Part shown: positions 24,050-31,434 of the stretch, one piece after another | How the letters are laid out: the number at the start of each line of letters is the position of its first letter | How positions within the stretch are numbered: the stretch's first letter is position 1 | Source of the DNA: Candidatus Hydrothermarchaeaceae archaeon | GTDB lineage: Archaea; Hydrothermarchaeota; Hydrothermarchaeia; Hydrothermarchaeales; Hydrothermarchaeaceae | Direction of reading: 5' to 3' | DNA length: 32,545 nucleotides | Assembly (NCBI GenBank): GCA_036446855.1 | Contig: JAZFTU010000050.1 | Span: forward strand, 1 to 32,545 | Notes under the pieces: model-generated | Told to the model about the DNA's origin: nothing | The model's database searches: none | What the model saw: the letters and a program-made list of their open reading frames with translations, nothing else | Made by a program: the position numbers and the translations under genes

Positions 24050-24607
24050 CTATTTTACATCCGTAAGCAGCCGCTTGAAGTCCTCTTCTTGGGAGGCTCT
24101 TGCAATCGCCCTGTTTAATACCTCAAGTATCACGTATTCTGTAAAGTGCTCCTGGGAACAGTGTGGGCATGGCTTTAGAGATTTTGCGACGCTAGATATC
24201 TCTCTTCTGTAGTTTTTGACGAGTTTTTCTGCAAATTTTTTCACCTCCTCACTAGTTTCTTTGATAGCGTCCTCAAGCCTCTCGTCAAAGTCTTCTGGCG
24301 CCCTGTGCTCCATTAAGCGAACGTTTGAAGCATAGTACTTCAAAACTCCCCCGCGTGAATCCACAAGCTTTGTAAGCTCAACAAGCCCTGCCTTTTTTAG
24401 CATGTCCAGATGATGCCTGACAGTTGTTTCTGCCAGGGAAATCCCCTGTTTTTCCAGCTTCGCCTTAATGTCAGAAATTGAGCCCGCCTGTTTTGATAGG
24501 ATATGAATCATAGCTGACCTTACAGGGTCGCCAATCGCCCTGGACCTTCCCGGGTCTGTCACTACAACCCCTACTTGCCTGACATTCTTCTCAAATATCT
24601 CTGCCAT
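24050..24607 (-). CDS. ArsR-family winged-helix regulator with C-terminal extension carrying a CPHC motif
   Basis: DPVRSAMIHILSKQAGSISDIKAKLEKQGISLAETTVRHHLDMLKKAGLVE is an ArsR/SmtB-type wHTH. A helical C-terminal half of about 90 aa follows, with KPCPHCSQ (CPHC at nt 24158-24169). Confidence 0.8.
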   Translation of the reverse strand: MAEIFEKNVRQVGVVVTDPGRSRAIGDPVRSAMIHILSKQAGSISDIKAKLEKQGISLAETTVRHHLDMLKKAGLVELTKLVDSRGGVLKYYASNVRLMEHRAPEDFDERLEDAIKETSEEVKKFAEKLVKNYRREISSVAKSLKPCPHCSQEHFTEYVILEVLNRAIARASQEEDFKRLLTDVK

Positions 24608-24618
24608 TCCTACCTCTG

Positions 24619-24648
24619 TAGTATACTATAAAAATTGTACTATTACAA
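24619..24648. promoter_or_regulatory. Divergent promoter/operator region between the ArsR gene and the thioredoxin-ccdA operon
   Basis: Perfect 10-bp palindrome TAGTATACTA (24619-24628). TATAAAAA box (24627-34). Inverted repeat TTGTA-N4-TACAA (24635-24648). TATACTA recurs at 24665-24671. Confidence 0.45.
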
Positions 24649-24685
24649 AAAATATTGTAATGGTTATACTAATTTAATTAAAGAG

Positions 24686-24943
24686 ATGCTGGAAATTGAG
24701 GTAATTACGGCACCGGGTTGTATGAAGTGCGGGCGTACAAAAGAACTCCTAGGTGAAGTTCTAAAAGACTACGGAGGAGTTATTCTCAAAGAGGTAAGCG
24801 TGGTGGATATCCCAGAACGCATAGTCGAGCTTGGCATAATGACGACCCCGGCAGTAATTATGAACGGAAAACTGGAGTTTCGGAGTAAACCTAAAGAGGA
24901 GGAGCTGCGAAATAAAATAGAAGAATATTTGAAAAGTGATTAA
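24686..24943 (+). CDS. Small thioredoxin-fold protein (redox-active disulfide protein 2 type)
   Basis: MLEIEVITAPGCMKCGRTKELL...MTTPAVIMNGKLEF has a CxxC active site and the cis-Pro context TTPA typical of the Thioredoxin_3 family. ATG 24686 is preferred; the track extension from 24635 lies in the AT-rich promoter. Confidence 0.75.
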   Translation: MLEIEVITAPGCMKCGRTKELLGEVLKDYGGVILKEVSVVDIPERIVELGIMTTPAVIMNGKLEFRSKPKEEELRNKIEEYLKSD

Positions 24944-24945
24944 AA

Positions 24946-25620
24946 ATGGTGCTTGCAGACCTTTTGGTACTCCCTTTATTTTGGGGGCTTATTGGCTCTG
25001 TTGAGCCGTGCTCCATTGGCATAAATTCTATCTTTTTGGCTCATACAAACAAGTTTGAAAGGTCCAGAAGAATTCTGGAGGCCTTAAAATTTACTTTGGC
25101 AAGGGCGCTAATTCTTGCCTTAATAGGGCTAACAGCAGCCTTTGCTGGAAATAGATTCTTTTCATTTCAGAGTTCCTACAATATTGCCTTTGGAATTTTT
25201 TACATATTCTTAGGGATAGTTCTGATAATCAGCAGGAAATGGTCTATTCCGATGCCGAATATCGATATATCTCAAATTCTCAAAAGAAAAACTTTTTCAG
25301 AGGGAAACAAGACACTTGCCATGGGTGCGGCATTTGGATTTGCAATACCTGTCTGCGCAGTTCCATTTATAGCTGCCCTTCTGGGAAAGTCGCTTCTTTC
25401 TGGAGACCTATTTTTTGGCTTTTTATCCCTTTTCATATTTGGAACAGCGCTTTCGCTTCCTCTGCTTCCGCTCAGTTATTCTGAAAAAGGACACGCCATT
25501 ATGGGAAAAATCGCCAAGAAATCATACCTCACCTATTACATCGGGGGTTTGGCCTTAATTGTTCTTGGAATATTTACAATATATAGCTGGGTTTTTGTTT
25601 ACCCAAAGTATTTACCTTGA
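24946..25620 (+). CDS. ccdA: CcdA/DsbD-family thiol:disulfide electron-transfer membrane protein (cytochrome c biogenesis type)
   Basis: Six-TM protein with the two conserved membrane-embedded Pro-Cys motifs (SVEPCSIGI in TM1 and AIPVCAVPF in TM4). It starts 2 nt after the thioredoxin-like gene. Confidence 0.75.
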   Translation: MVLADLLVLPLFWGLIGSVEPCSIGINSIFLAHTNKFERSRRILEALKFTLARALILALIGLTAAFAGNRFFSFQSSYNIAFGIFYIFLGIVLIISRKWSIPMPNIDISQILKRKTFSEGNKTLAMGAAFGFAIPVCAVPFIAALLGKSLLSGDLFFGFLSLFIFGTALSLPLLPLSYSEKGHAIMGKIAKKSYLTYYIGGLALIVLGIFTIYSWVFVYPKYLP

Positions 25621-25651
25621 TGATTGTAGTATTTTAGGGGACTTTGTTAAG

Positions 25652-26263
25652 ATGAAAGGCAATAAAAAGTGGACTATTTTTCTGTTTGTCATTTTGATTG
25701 TACTATCCATTAAATACCTGAGTTTTTTTGCCGACCCAAGTTTTTTTTCTTCGGTATGCTTAACCTACAGTAGTTACATACCTTTCATCATCATCGCAGC
25801 TATGATAATACAATCTATTGTGGTCCCGCTTCCTTCTTCTGCTATAGCGCTAAGTGCCGGCGCCCTATGCGGCATTTTTCTGGGCTCTCTTTATATATGG
25901 ATAGGGGCTCTGATTGGGGCCTCTCTATGTTTTTTCATCTCGAAAAAGTATGGCAAGTCATTGCTCAAAGGAAAATTTAGCCCAGGTAAAACAGAAAAAA
26001 TCAATAATTTCATGGCCAGTTACGGATTCTTTGCAATACTAGTTGCACGCCTAATCCCACTAATATCGTTTGACATAGTAAGTTACGGTGCAGGTCTCAC
26101 AACCATAAGTTTCAGGAGATTTTTCATTGCCACTGCAATTGGCATTATCCCCGGCACACTTTTTTACACATGGCTCGGCCTAACAATTTTAAGATTTGAG
26201 ACGTTGGGCCTTGTTTTAACTTTAATTATGATATTGGCCATGGTCTATTACTTGAAGTCGTAA
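25652..26263 (+). CDS. DedA / TVP38-TMEM64 (SNARE-associated) family membrane protein
   Basis: VVPLPSSAIALSAGALCGIFLGSLYIWIGALIGASLCFFISKKYG...LIPLISFDIVSYGAGLT is the characteristic DedA/VTT-domain pattern. ATG 25652 is preferred; the track extension from 25559 overlaps ccdA. Confidence 0.75.
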   Translation: MKGNKKWTIFLFVILIVLSIKYLSFFADPSFFSSVCLTYSSYIPFIIIAAMIIQSIVVPLPSSAIALSAGALCGIFLGSLYIWIGALIGASLCFFISKKYGKSLLKGKFSPGKTEKINNFMASYGFFAILVARLIPLISFDIVSYGAGLTTISFRRFFIATAIGIIPGTLFYTWLGLTILRFETLGLVLTLIMILAMVYYLKS

Positions 26264-26264
26264 A

Positions 26265-26792
26265 TTAAAGCTTTAAGAGTTCTTTTCCCTTGTCAATGGA
26301 AATCCTGCATGGCATGGGAATCTTGTGCGACGCTCTTATGAGGGCAGTTTTGGCCGCCTTAAAGTGTGCCGATTCTGTGCAAAGTGTGGCGAGCTTCTGG
26401 CCCTTTTTTACACTTGCGGCGAGGGACACAGGTTTTCCAAATGAAAGTCTCATCCCATCTGATACCCTGTCAGCACCTGCACCCGTTGCCATTTTATTTT
26501 CCCGTAAAATTTCATGGGGGTATACTCTATACTTCATATAGTATCCTACAGGACCGACAATCTTTGATATGTACCTGTTTGAGGAAATTCTTGCAGCCTC
26601 AAGTGCATTGTGTGTTATCTGTCCAGCTTCCTTTGCTACAAGCGAAAGCTCAATCTCAAAATTTTCTGCGTTTTTAAGGTCCCCCATATCAAATATTGTT
26701 ATCTTCGATTGGGGGGTTCCCCTCATATACTCTTTTCTTGTATACGAGCGGGGTTTTGCTGTCCTATAAACTCTTCCGGGTCTTATTCCCAT
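26265..26792 (-). CDS. rpl10e: 50S ribosomal protein L10e (uL16)
   Basis: [38 protein letters not shown]... is the unmistakable archaeal L10e N-terminus. 175 aa. Confidence 0.95.
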   Translation of the reverse strand: MGIRPGRVYRTAKPRSYTRKEYMRGTPQSKITIFDMGDLKNAENFEIELSLVAKEAGQITHNALEAARISSNRYISKIVGPVGYYMKYRVYPHEILRENKMATGAGADRVSDGMRLSFGKPVSLAASVKKGQKLATLCTESAHFKAAKTALIRASHKIPMPCRISIDKGKELLKL

Positions 26793-26864
26793 ATTAAAGC
26801 ACCTTTATGCGAGTGAGAAAGTTTACGCTAAACAAATATAAAGTTTGCTGTCAAAAAAAGGCGC

Positions 26865-27212
26865 ATGGCAATTGTCTTCCGGGGTGATTTGAGGATATGC
26901 AGGGCCAAAGTGGCATCAAATTTTTTTTCCAGGGCCAGGGGGCTGATGCTAAAAGGGCGCCTTAAAAAAGGAGAGGGCCTTCTTATCGAGTTTTCCAGTC
27001 GTCTGAAATCGCGCTCGGTTCATTCTTTTTTTATGAGATTCCCCATAGATTTGATATTTATTGATGAGGATATGGAAGTTGTCGACCTAAAGACCCTGGC
27101 ACCATGGGGAATATATAATCCTGCTGGGCAATGCAAATTTGTACTTGAGGTGGATAAGGGAACCATCGATGAGAATAATATGAAGGTTGGAGATAAATTG
27201 GGAGTTGAGTAG
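26865..27212 (+). CDS. DUF192 family protein
   Basis: ARGLMLKG...GLLIEF...SVHSFFMRFPIDLIFIDEDMEVVDL...KFVLEVDKG matches the DUF192 (COG1430) pattern. Confidence 0.7.
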   Translation: MAIVFRGDLRICRAKVASNFFSRARGLMLKGRLKKGEGLLIEFSSRLKSRSVHSFFMRFPIDLIFIDEDMEVVDLKTLAPWGIYNPAGQCKFVLEVDKGTIDENNMKVGDKLGVE

Positions 27213-27220
27213 ATTTTCAA

Positions 27221-27841
27221 TCAGTCTTTCTTATCATCGTCCGACTTCACCCTGGCACGTTTAAGAGCTTTTGTGTGCACCTCCCCTGCTAGATGCAGTG
27301 GGGCCTTTTTTGATTTTCCAATGTCGAAACCTACCGAGGCTTGGCAGAGGAACTGGACCTCAAGTGCTATTCTGGATAGTGCATCTTCTGTTTTCATCCC
27401 CCTTACCTTCTCTGCTGCGGTCCAAGTAGCGCCGCATGGGGCTCCTTTTATAACTTTTATATCCTCAATTGTGCCATTCTTTTCACAAACTTCGAATACT
27501 GGATAGCCGAATTTTTCGAAACCCTTGATTTTATCACTAAGTATTAAAGAGCAGCAGATTCTGGGGTTTAAGGCGCCTTTTACATTCGTTCCAGGAACGA
27601 TTATCGGAACATCTTTTTTTTTCGCAATCTTTACAAGATATTCGGTTAAATCCCTGTGGTGAAGGTGGTCAAAAATCAGGTCTGCCTCAAAATCCGCGTC
27701 AATAAAATCCTGAGGGTCGTCGATAATTTCTGGAAGAGTTTCATCAACAGTAAAACTTTCGACTTCTATATTACTATGCTTTTTCAATCCCTCTATTATA
27801 TGGTTTGCATAGCCTTTTCTTTGGAAGACAATTACTTTCAT
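27221..27841 (-). CDS. Conserved archaeal Cys-containing protein, possibly DUF166 family
   Basis: 206 aa with good coding character and the motifs ICCSLIL and GAPCGATW. The family assignment is from memory only. Confidence 0.5.
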   Translation of the reverse strand: MKVIVFQRKGYANHIIEGLKKHSNIEVESFTVDETLPEIIDDPQDFIDADFEADLIFDHLHHRDLTEYLVKIAKKKDVPIIVPGTNVKGALNPRICCSLILSDKIKGFEKFGYPVFEVCEKNGTIEDIKVIKGAPCGATWTAAEKVRGMKTEDALSRIALEVQFLCQASVGFDIGKSKKAPLHLAGEVHTKALKRARVKSDDDKKD

Positions 27842-27933
27842 TTACGGCCTCGCTCGGGCGCAGCAGTTCAAGAGTTCATCACCAGGGCATCCAATAATCT
27901 CAAGAAGCGCTCAGTTCTATCGCCTTCTCATTC

Positions 27934-28293
27934 TTACTTTTTAATGGTCCTCTTTAAAAGGTCATACCAGGTATAAATGAGTAGAAGGACGGGCACCAGA
28001 AAAAGAGTCATTGTTATCTGGGAGAGCCCTTTTATACTCCAGAAACGGTCAGAAGCCATAGCGATTTCATGGATGACTAAAGTTGCCCCTACAAGCGTTG
28101 AGTTTACCCATATCTTTCTTATAAAGGCCTCTTTTAAAAATAACTGGGCTTTCAAAAGTTCCGTGTTCACCGATTTTACCATAATAAGCATACCAATTCC
28201 TATGGCGACGATGGCGAAGGTAATCCCAAGATTTATAAATTCGATTATTAAACTACCTGTCACGTATCTACCTCCGGCAATGTTTTCCTGCAA
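27934..28293 (-). CDS. Small membrane protein (3 predicted TM helices), unknown function
   Basis: 119 aa with three hydrophobic segments (LIIEFINLGITFAIVAIGIGMLIMV, WVNSTLVGATLVIHEIA, ITMTLFLVPVLLLIYTW). Confidence 0.6.
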   Translation of the reverse strand: MQENIAGGRYVTGSLIIEFINLGITFAIVAIGIGMLIMVKSVNTELLKAQLFLKEAFIRKIWVNSTLVGATLVIHEIAMASDRFWSIKGLSQITMTLFLVPVLLLIYTWYDLLKRTIKK

Positions 28294-28394
28294 AACTTTC
28301 TATACATCTCCAAGTCCTCTAAATTTGACAGTTATTTATATCTATCGCACTATATTCGATTAAATTATAAATACCGGGCATCCAATGGATTATC

Positions 28395-28628
28395 ATGGCC
28401 AGCATGGACATTGAAAAAGATGCAGAAAAAGTCCTAAAGGAGCTTTCAGAGGCATTGGGAGATATAGACCTTGCTGAGACATACTACGTAGTTGATGACA
28501 TAAACGTCACGCGCAAAAGCAAAAAACCTTCAATCGACAAAAAGTTTGAAAAACAGGCAAAAAAGAATGCCCCACATTTAGACGAAGACGGAAGCTTTGT
28601 CATGGAAATAGGGAAGTGGGTAGAGTAG
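28395..28628 (+). CDS. gatC: Asp/Glu-tRNA amidotransferase subunit C (archaeal GatC-like)
   Basis: 77-aa acidic/basic small protein immediately abutting gatA (TAG ATG). Position and size fit GatC, but the sequence itself is weakly diagnostic. Confidence 0.65.
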   Translation: MASMDIEKDAEKVLKELSEALGDIDLAETYYVVDDINVTRKSKKPSIDKKFEKQAKKNAPHLDEDGSFVMEIGKWVE

Positions 28629-29942
28629 ATGGAAAGCGCCGTAGAGAATGTCTCTCGATACCTGGAGAAAATCAAAAAGGACAAAACAAATTCCTTTCTC
28701 AAGATAAATAAAAACGCTCTAAAAGATGCAAAGGAAATTGACAAAAAAGAAGGCAAGGCAGGAAAGCTTGCAGGACTTGCCATAGCAATCAAGTCAAACA
28801 TAAACGTTCGCGGGCTCCATGCCACGTGCGCATCAAAAACACTGGAAGATTACATTTGCGGATATGACGCAACAGTCATAGAGCGTATAAAAAGAGAAGG
28901 GGGGGTCATAATAGGAATGACAAACATGGACGAGTTTGCCTGCGGAAGCTCTGGTGAGACATCCTGCTTTGGTCCGACACAAAATCCTGCCGCAAAGGGC
29001 AGAATTCCTGGTGGCTCTTCCTCTGGCTCTGCCGCAGCGGTAGCTGGAGGCCTGTGTGACATTGCTCTGGGATCTGATACGGGAGGCTCGATTAGAAATC
29101 CTGCATCCCACTGTGGGGTCGTGGGGCTCAAACCCACCTATGGCCTCGTCCCCCGATATGGACTAATTGACCTTGCAATGAGTCTTGACCAGATAGGTCC
29201 TGTTTCGGGCGACGTTTACAAAGCTGCACTAATGCTGGAAATTATCTCTGGTCCGAGCAAATTGGAGGGAACAACTCAAAAAATCAGTAGCAGCTATTCC
29301 AAAAACCTCAACTCTGATATCTCCGGCTATACGATTGGCATTGCCGAGGAATTTCTTGAGCTTACGGACCCAAGCATCATGGCCGAGATTAATAAGTCAA
29401 TAAAAAAGCTTGAGAGAATGGGCGCGGAGATAGTAGATGTCACTCTCCCCAACCTGGATAAGGGGCTTCCCACATATTATCTAACTGTATTTGTTGAGTT
29501 CTTTTCTGCTACTAGAAAGTTTGACGGTAGAAGATACGGAAAAAAGATAGAGGACGTGTGCGGAAAGGAGGTACTGAGGAGAATTCTGCTTGGAAAATAC
29601 ATAAGCCAAAAGGAGTTTACCGAAAAGTACTACAAAAAGGCCCTGCAATTCAGATCGCTTATAAAAGCTGACGTACAGGAGGCCCTAAAGAACGTGGACG
29701 TAATAGCAGGTCCAACAGTCCCTAAACTGCCTCATAAACTCGGTGAGGAGATAACTGACCCGCTTGTAATGTATGCATATGATGTCATGACGGTGCCTGC
29801 AAACCTTGCCGGAATTCCTGCCGGAGTAATAAAAGGTGGCGAAGTAAGGGGAGTTCCAGTAGGGCTGCAAATCCAGGGAAGGGCGCTTTTTGAGCAGAAG
29901 ATTTTGAACGTCATGCATGCGCTTGAAGGGGGGGTAAAATGA
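28629..29942 (+). CDS. gatA: Asp/Glu-tRNA amidotransferase subunit A
   Basis: Amidase signature GGSSSGSAAAVAGG...GSDTGGSIRNPAS. 437 aa. Confidence 0.95.
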   Translation: MESAVENVSRYLEKIKKDKTNSFLKINKNALKDAKEIDKKEGKAGKLAGLAIAIKSNINVRGLHATCASKTLEDYICGYDATVIERIKREGGVIIGMTNMDEFACGSSGETSCFGPTQNPAAKGRIPGGSSSGSAAAVAGGLCDIALGSDTGGSIRNPASHCGVVGLKPTYGLVPRYGLIDLAMSLDQIGPVSGDVYKAALMLEIISGPSKLEGTTQKISSSYSKNLNSDISGYTIGIAEEFLELTDPSIMAEINKSIKKLERMGAEIVDVTLPNLDKGLPTYYLTVFVEFFSATRKFDGRRYGKKIEDVCGKEVLRRILLGKYISQKEFTEKYYKKALQFRSLIKADVQEALKNVDVIAGPTVPKLPHKLGEEITDPLVMYAYDVMTVPANLAGIPAGVIKGGEVRGVPVGLQIQGRALFEQKILNVMHALEGGVK

Positions 29943-31318
29943 AAACGGTCATCGGCTTTGAAATTCACGAGCAGGTAAACACGCCAACAAAACTATACTG
30001 CGATTGCCCCACAAATTATAGAGATGCCCAACCTAACACAAATATCTGCGAGGTCTGCACCGGAATGCCAGGTTCAAAGCCGTTTCCGATAAATCAGGAT
30101 GCCATTGATGCAACAATAGAAATTGCAATGATGCTGAACTGCGAGATTATAAAGGACCCGGTGTACATCCAGAGGAAGCACTATGACTACCCAGACCTCC
30201 CATCGGGATATCAGCGAACTTCTCTCCCCATAGGAAAAAACGGGAGCTTGCTTGGGGTGGGCATATGGGAAGTCCACCTGGAAGAAGACCCGGGAAAATA
30301 TGACCCAATCAGTGGAAAAGTGGACTACAACCGTTCTGGCGTGCCCCTCGTTGAAATCGTAACTGCACCGGAGATTTATAGCCCTGAGGATGGGAGGAAT
30401 TTTATGCGGGAGCTTTTAAAGGTGCTCAGATATACGGGAAAAGTAAGGACCGAGGGAGGCACTATGCGTATGGACACTAACATCTCGCTTGAGGGGGGCA
30501 CGCGTGTCGAGATAAAGAATATTAACTCGATAAAGGGGTCCTACAAGGCGCTTAAGTTTGAGATTACCCGACAGAAAAATCTTGCGAGACGTGGCAGGAA
30601 GATAAAGCGTGAGACACGTGCGTTCCTTGAAGCGCAAATGATAACCAAAAGTATGAGGGCAAAAGAAGAGGCAGATGAATACAGGTATATCCCGGACCCC
30701 GACATCCCCCCGCTTTTAGTAACAGATGCAAAGGTCAAGGCGATAAGGGGCATTATGCAGGAGGCCCCGCACCTGAAGGAGGGAAGATTTGTAAAGGACT
30801 ACGGCGTCAAGACAGACGATGCAAAGATAATCGCAAGCGAGCTCGAACTTGCAAACGCCTTTGAGGAAATAGCAAAGGACGTCGATCCAAAATATGCTGC
30901 GAACTGGATTCGAGACGAGCTAAAGCGCGTGCTTTTGTACAACAAAAAGACTTTTGCTGAAAGTGGCGTTAAAACTAAGCACATAGTGGACCTTTTGAAG
31001 CTGATGCGCAGTGATATCCATTCAACGATAACGGCTACAACAGGGCAAAAAGTCCTAGAAGTCATGGTCGAAAGTCCTGACTCTCCAGAAAAGATCGTCA
31101 AAGATCTCGGCCTGGTCAAGATTACAAAAAACGACGTTTTAGAAAATGCGGTATCTGAGGCAATGAAAGAAAACCAGAAGGCCGTGGATGATTATCTTGG
31201 CGGGAAGGACGAGGCCCTAAACTTTGTCGTCGGGCAGGTCATGCGAAAGACTAGGGGCAGGGCGGACCCAGAGACAATACTAACCATGCTGAAGAAAAGG
31301 CTTGGGCGGGAGAATTAG
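29939..31318 (+). CDS. gatB: Asp/Glu-tRNA amidotransferase subunit B
   Basis: VIGFEIHEQVNTPTKLYCDC...LPSGYQRTSLPI...VEIVTAPE follows the GatB/GatE catalytic domain, and a C-terminal YqeY-like tail is present. ATGA overlap with gatA. Confidence 0.95.
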   Translation: MKTVIGFEIHEQVNTPTKLYCDCPTNYRDAQPNTNICEVCTGMPGSKPFPINQDAIDATIEIAMMLNCEIIKDPVYIQRKHYDYPDLPSGYQRTSLPIGKNGSLLGVGIWEVHLEEDPGKYDPISGKVDYNRSGVPLVEIVTAPEIYSPEDGRNFMRELLKVLRYTGKVRTEGGTMRMDTNISLEGGTRVEIKNINSIKGSYKALKFEITRQKNLARRGRKIKRETRAFLEAQMITKSMRAKEEADEYRYIPDPDIPPLLVTDAKVKAIRGIMQEAPHLKEGRFVKDYGVKTDDAKIIASELELANAFEEIAKDVDPKYAANWIRDELKRVLLYNKKTFAESGVKTKHIVDLLKLMRSDIHSTITATTGQKVLEVMVESPDSPEKIVKDLGLVKITKNDVLENAVSEAMKENQKAVDDYLGGKDEALNFVVGQVMRKTRGRADPETILTMLKKRLGREN

Positions 31319-31378
31319 AATCCGAGCATATATTGAAGTTCTCATTTTTAGGGCATTAAGTTTTGAACTCTGCGAAGG

Positions 31379-31387
31379 TATATATAA
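31379..31387 (+). promoter_or_regulatory. TATA box upstream of the TPR gene
   Basis: TATATATAA is preceded by the purine-rich CGAAGG (BRE-like), about 50 nt upstream of ATG 31435. It follows a T-run (TCATTTTTAGG, about 31343-31353) that could terminate gatCAB. Confidence 0.4.
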
Positions 31388-31434
31388 CCGGGACAAATCC
31401 TTTTCAAATGGTCTAATGTGAAGGATATCTCAAG

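Noticed and set aside
24635-24685. An N-terminal extension of the thioredoxin-like ORF (MYYYKKYCNGYTNLIKE).
   Set aside because: It lies within the AT-rich promoter/palindrome region and is not part of the thioredoxin fold, which begins at MLEIEVITAPGC.
25559-25651. An N-terminal extension of the DedA ORF overlapping the ccdA 3' end.
   Set aside because: The extension overlaps 62 nt of ccdA in another frame. The basic N-terminus plus TM helix typical of this family begins at ATG 25652 (MKGNKKWTIFLF).
27875-27882. A possible C/D-box sRNA: the minus strand reads GTGATGAA (C-box-like) in the GC-rich spacer.
   Set aside because: No CTGA D box follows at any plausible distance before the downstream ATG at 27841. 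The only CTGA lies 5' of the C-like box, and no terminal stem is evident.
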